Positions 33,059-35,323 of a DNA stretch of 35,323 bases are shown here, in pieces (position 1 is the stretch's first letter; every line of letters begins with the position of its first letter). This DNA comes from Candidatus Latescibacterota bacterium. GTDB lineage: Bacteria; Latescibacterota; UBA2968; UBA8231. The DNA lies in contig CBDBIJ010000036.1 of the NCBI GenBank assembly GCA_965205655.1, forward strand, positions 1 through 35,323, written 5' to 3'. Under the pieces are notes generated by a model, which ran no database searches, was not told the DNA's origin, and saw only the letters and a program-made list of their open reading frames with translations. The position numbers and the translations under genes are program-made.

Positions 33059-35323
33059 TGGTGCCGGTCCGGTTGAGCCTGCGAAACTTCCTCAGCTACG
33101 GCGAGGAGGGCTGCGTGCTCGATTTTACCGGCTTCCATGTAGCCTGTCTGACCGGTGATAACGGCCATGGCAAGTCCGCTCTTCTCGACGCGATTACCTA
33201 CGCCTTATGGGGAGAGGCGCGAAAAGGTCGCTCAGATCGCAAGCCCGACGACGGACTGCTTCGCATCGGCGCCACCGACATGCACGTCGAATTCACTTTC
33301 GATCTCGATGCGGGACGATTTCGGGTCATTCGACGGTTTCGCCGTCGGCCTCGATCGAGCGCGACCGAGCTCGATCTGCAGATCTTCGACGAGGCGAGGT
33401 CGCGCTTTCGCTCTCTGTCAGCCGGCAACCTGACCCTGACCCAGAGCAACATCATCGAACTGCTGTCCATGGACTACGACACATTCATCAACTCCGCCTT
33501 CATCGTCCAAGGCCGCGCCGACGAGTTCACGCGCAAGAGCGCCAGCGAGCGCAAGCAGGTGTTGGCGGAGATTCTCGGTCTATCGCGGTATGAGCGACTC
33601 GAGGAGCTGGCGCGATCCAGACTCCGGGAAGGGGTACAACGAACGGAGGCTGGCCGGCAGCAACTCGCCAGCGTCGACTCCGAGTTGGCGCAGCGAGATG
33701 CGCACGAGAGCGAATTTCGCGATCTGGGTCGGAGACAGACCCTGCTCGACGAGGAGGTGGCGGCTCGAGAAGCTCGACTCGAGCGACGACAGGCGCAGTG
33801 GAAGTCGCTCATCGAAGGCCGCGAGCGCCTGGATCAGCTCGCCGTCGACCTCGCCGCCGAAGACGAAGGCGCGCGCCAACTTGAGGCGCGGCGTGCCTCC
33901 CTCGAACAACGGCGGCAATCGGACGACGAAACCCTGTCATCGAGCGAGCAGATCGAGGCCGATTTTCAAGAGTTTGAACGGTGCACTGCTCTGGAAAAGG
34001 AGCTATATGAAAAGGCGTGCGAACTGCGGGAGCTGGAAGCGAGACGGTCGGGGCTCGAGGATCTCGTCAGAGAGGCCCGCCACGCGTTGGCACAGCGTCT
34101 GAGCGGGTTGGAATCGGAGAAACAGAGCCTGGAGGGACAAAGGCAGCAGACTCAGTCCGTGCTGCAGCGCGCCTTGACGATCGAATCCGAGCGCGCCGAG
34201 CTTGGCGAAGCGCTTCGTTTGGAGGAATCACTCGAAGCGAAGCGCGAGCGGTTCGAATCGGCGTGTCGGCGACGCGACGAACTCCGTGCCGTCCTGGAGC
34301 AGGAGTGCAGTCGACTGGAGGCCAGGCTCGAAGCCATTTCCGAGCGGCGTACGGAGCTCGATTCGCGGTTGCGACACCGGGTGTCCGCCGAGAGGCATTT
34401 CGATAGGATCCAGGAACGCCTTGGCAAAGTCGGCGAGCAGGTGAGTGAGCTCGAGAGACTGAAGGCTCAGGAAGCGAGTTCAAGGGCCGCTCTCGAGCAG
34501 ATCGGCAGCCGGCTCGGCGAGCTCGAACAGGCGCGCGATGCCCTCGTCGAAAAGCGTAGGTCTATTATGGGTGACCGTGGAGGAGGGGAATGTCCGCTGT
34601 GTGGCAGTGAGCTCGACGAGGCCCACGTGCTCGAGCTCGATGGTCGGCTGGCTCACGAAGAGGAGGAACACCAGCGTCGGATTGTAGAGGAGCACCGAGC
34701 GTCGAAGGGAACTCAGGCCCGACTTGCCGACCTCGAGGTTCGATCTCGCGAGCTCGAGCGCTCCCCCGCTTCCCTCGAAAAACTCCAGCAGTCAGCTGCC
34801 GAGGTGCGGGCTCAGGTAGCGAGACTCGAGGAGGAGAAGGGCTCGCTCCGCGAGCTCGAGCACCAACTTCGGGAGTTGGGACGCACCGTGCGGGACGAAG
34901 ACTTCTCGCATGCTGAGCGCGCCCGGCTCGGGGATATCGAGGAAGAGCTCGCCGGCAGCGACTTTCGAGCCGATGACCTGCTGCAAGCGCGGGAGAAAGT
35001 GCGTCGGCTTTCCTCGGCCGAGGGACAGTACGCCTTGCTACAGGAGGCGCGGACGAGGCATGACCGGACCGCCTCCCAACTCGCCGACGTCCGCCGCCAG
35101 ATAGAGGAGGTGCGTGAGGGTATCGAGCGTCGAGAGTACGCCTCGCGAGAGCAACGCGAACTCGACGCCATCGCCAGCGCGCAGCGCAATCTGCAGTATG
35201 ACGGCGGCCACCATTGTTGGGTGAAAGGCCGGCTCGACGTCCTCCGCCAGGCACCCGAGAGACGTGCTTATCTGGCAGCGGCGAGGCTGCGAAGGCGGGA
35301 TGATTCAGAGGCGCTTGAGCAGC
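33058..35323 (+). CDS. sbcC: SbcC/Rad50 SMC-family ATPase, truncated by the window end (not in the ORF track)
   Basis: ATG overlaps the sbcD stop (TAATG). MVPVRLSLRNFLSY, Walker A GDNGHGKS, Q-loop FIVQGRADEF, coiled coil, in-frame Zn hook CPLC at 34591-34602. Confidence 0.93.
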   Translation, partial: MVPVRLSLRNFLSYGEEGCVLDFTGFHVACLTGDNGHGKSALLDAITYALWGEARKGRSDRKPDDGLLRIGATDMHVEFTFDLDAGRFRVIRRFRRRPRSSATELDLQIFDEARSRFRSLSAGNLTLTQSNIIELLSMDYDTFINSAFIVQGRADEFTRKSASERKQVLAEILGLSRYERLEELARSRLREGVQRTEAGRQQLASVDSELAQRDAHESEFRDLGRRQTLLDEEVAAREARLERRQAQWKSLIEGRERLDQLAVDLAAEDEGARQLEARRASLEQRRQSDDETLSSSEQIEADFQEFERCTALEKELYEKACELRELEARRSGLEDLVREARHALAQRLSGLESEKQSLEGQRQQTQSVLQRALTIESERAELGEALRLEESLEAKRERFESACRRRDELRAVLEQECSRLEARLEAISERRTELDSRLRHRVSAERHFDRIQERLGKVGEQVSELERLKAQEASSRAALEQIGSRLGELEQARDALVEKRRSIMGDRGGGECPLCGSELDEAHVLELDGRLAHEEEEHQRRIVEEHRASKGTQARLADLEVRSRELERSPASLEKLQQSAAEVRAQVARLEEEKGSLRELEHQLRELGRTVRDEDFSHAERARLGDIEEELAGSDFRADDLLQAREKVRRLSSAEGQYALLQEARTRHDRTASQLADVRRQIEEVREGIERREYASREQRELDAIASAQRNLQYDGGHHCWVKGRLDVLRQAPERRAYLAAARLRRRDDSEALEQ

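Noticed and set aside
33058..35323. SMC-like ATPase plus nuclease as a novel defence system (Wadjet or Lamassu-like)
   Set aside because: Mre11-type phosphoesterase, TAATG coupling and the CPLC zinc hook identify ordinary SbcCD; no kleisin or effector partner is visible in the window.

Overview
GC-rich bacterial chromosome segment dominated by the ribosomal-protein/RNA polymerase supercluster on the minus strand. In transcription order: greA, tRNA-Gly(TCC), tRNA-Thr(GGT), rpmG, tRNA-Trp, secE, nusG, rplK-A-J-L, rpoB, rpoC, rpsL-G, fusA, tuf, the S10 and spc genes, secY, rpmJ, rpsM-K-D, rpoA, rplQ, a terminator, then rlmD. A divergent sbcD-sbcC pair runs off the right end. The RpoC insert [15 protein letters not shown] suggests an FCB-superphylum organism such as Latescibacterota or Gemmatimonadota (inference). 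I found no mobile element, CRISPR array or accessory system, and I cannot support a wholly new multi-gene system here. The notable points are departures inside the housekeeping cluster: (1) rplC (L3) is absent, with rpsJ 29 nt from rplD; (2) RpoB carries Q and D at rifamycin-pocket positions 516 and 522 (E. coli numbering); (3) an intrinsic terminator lies in the greA leader; (4) adk, map, infA, tufB and the L10 leader are absent from their usual places; (5) about 11 single-base insertions break six essential r-protein genes in two patches, most likely sequencing errors; (6) two copies of a spaced 25-bp quasi-palindrome flank the Gly/Thr tRNA pair.
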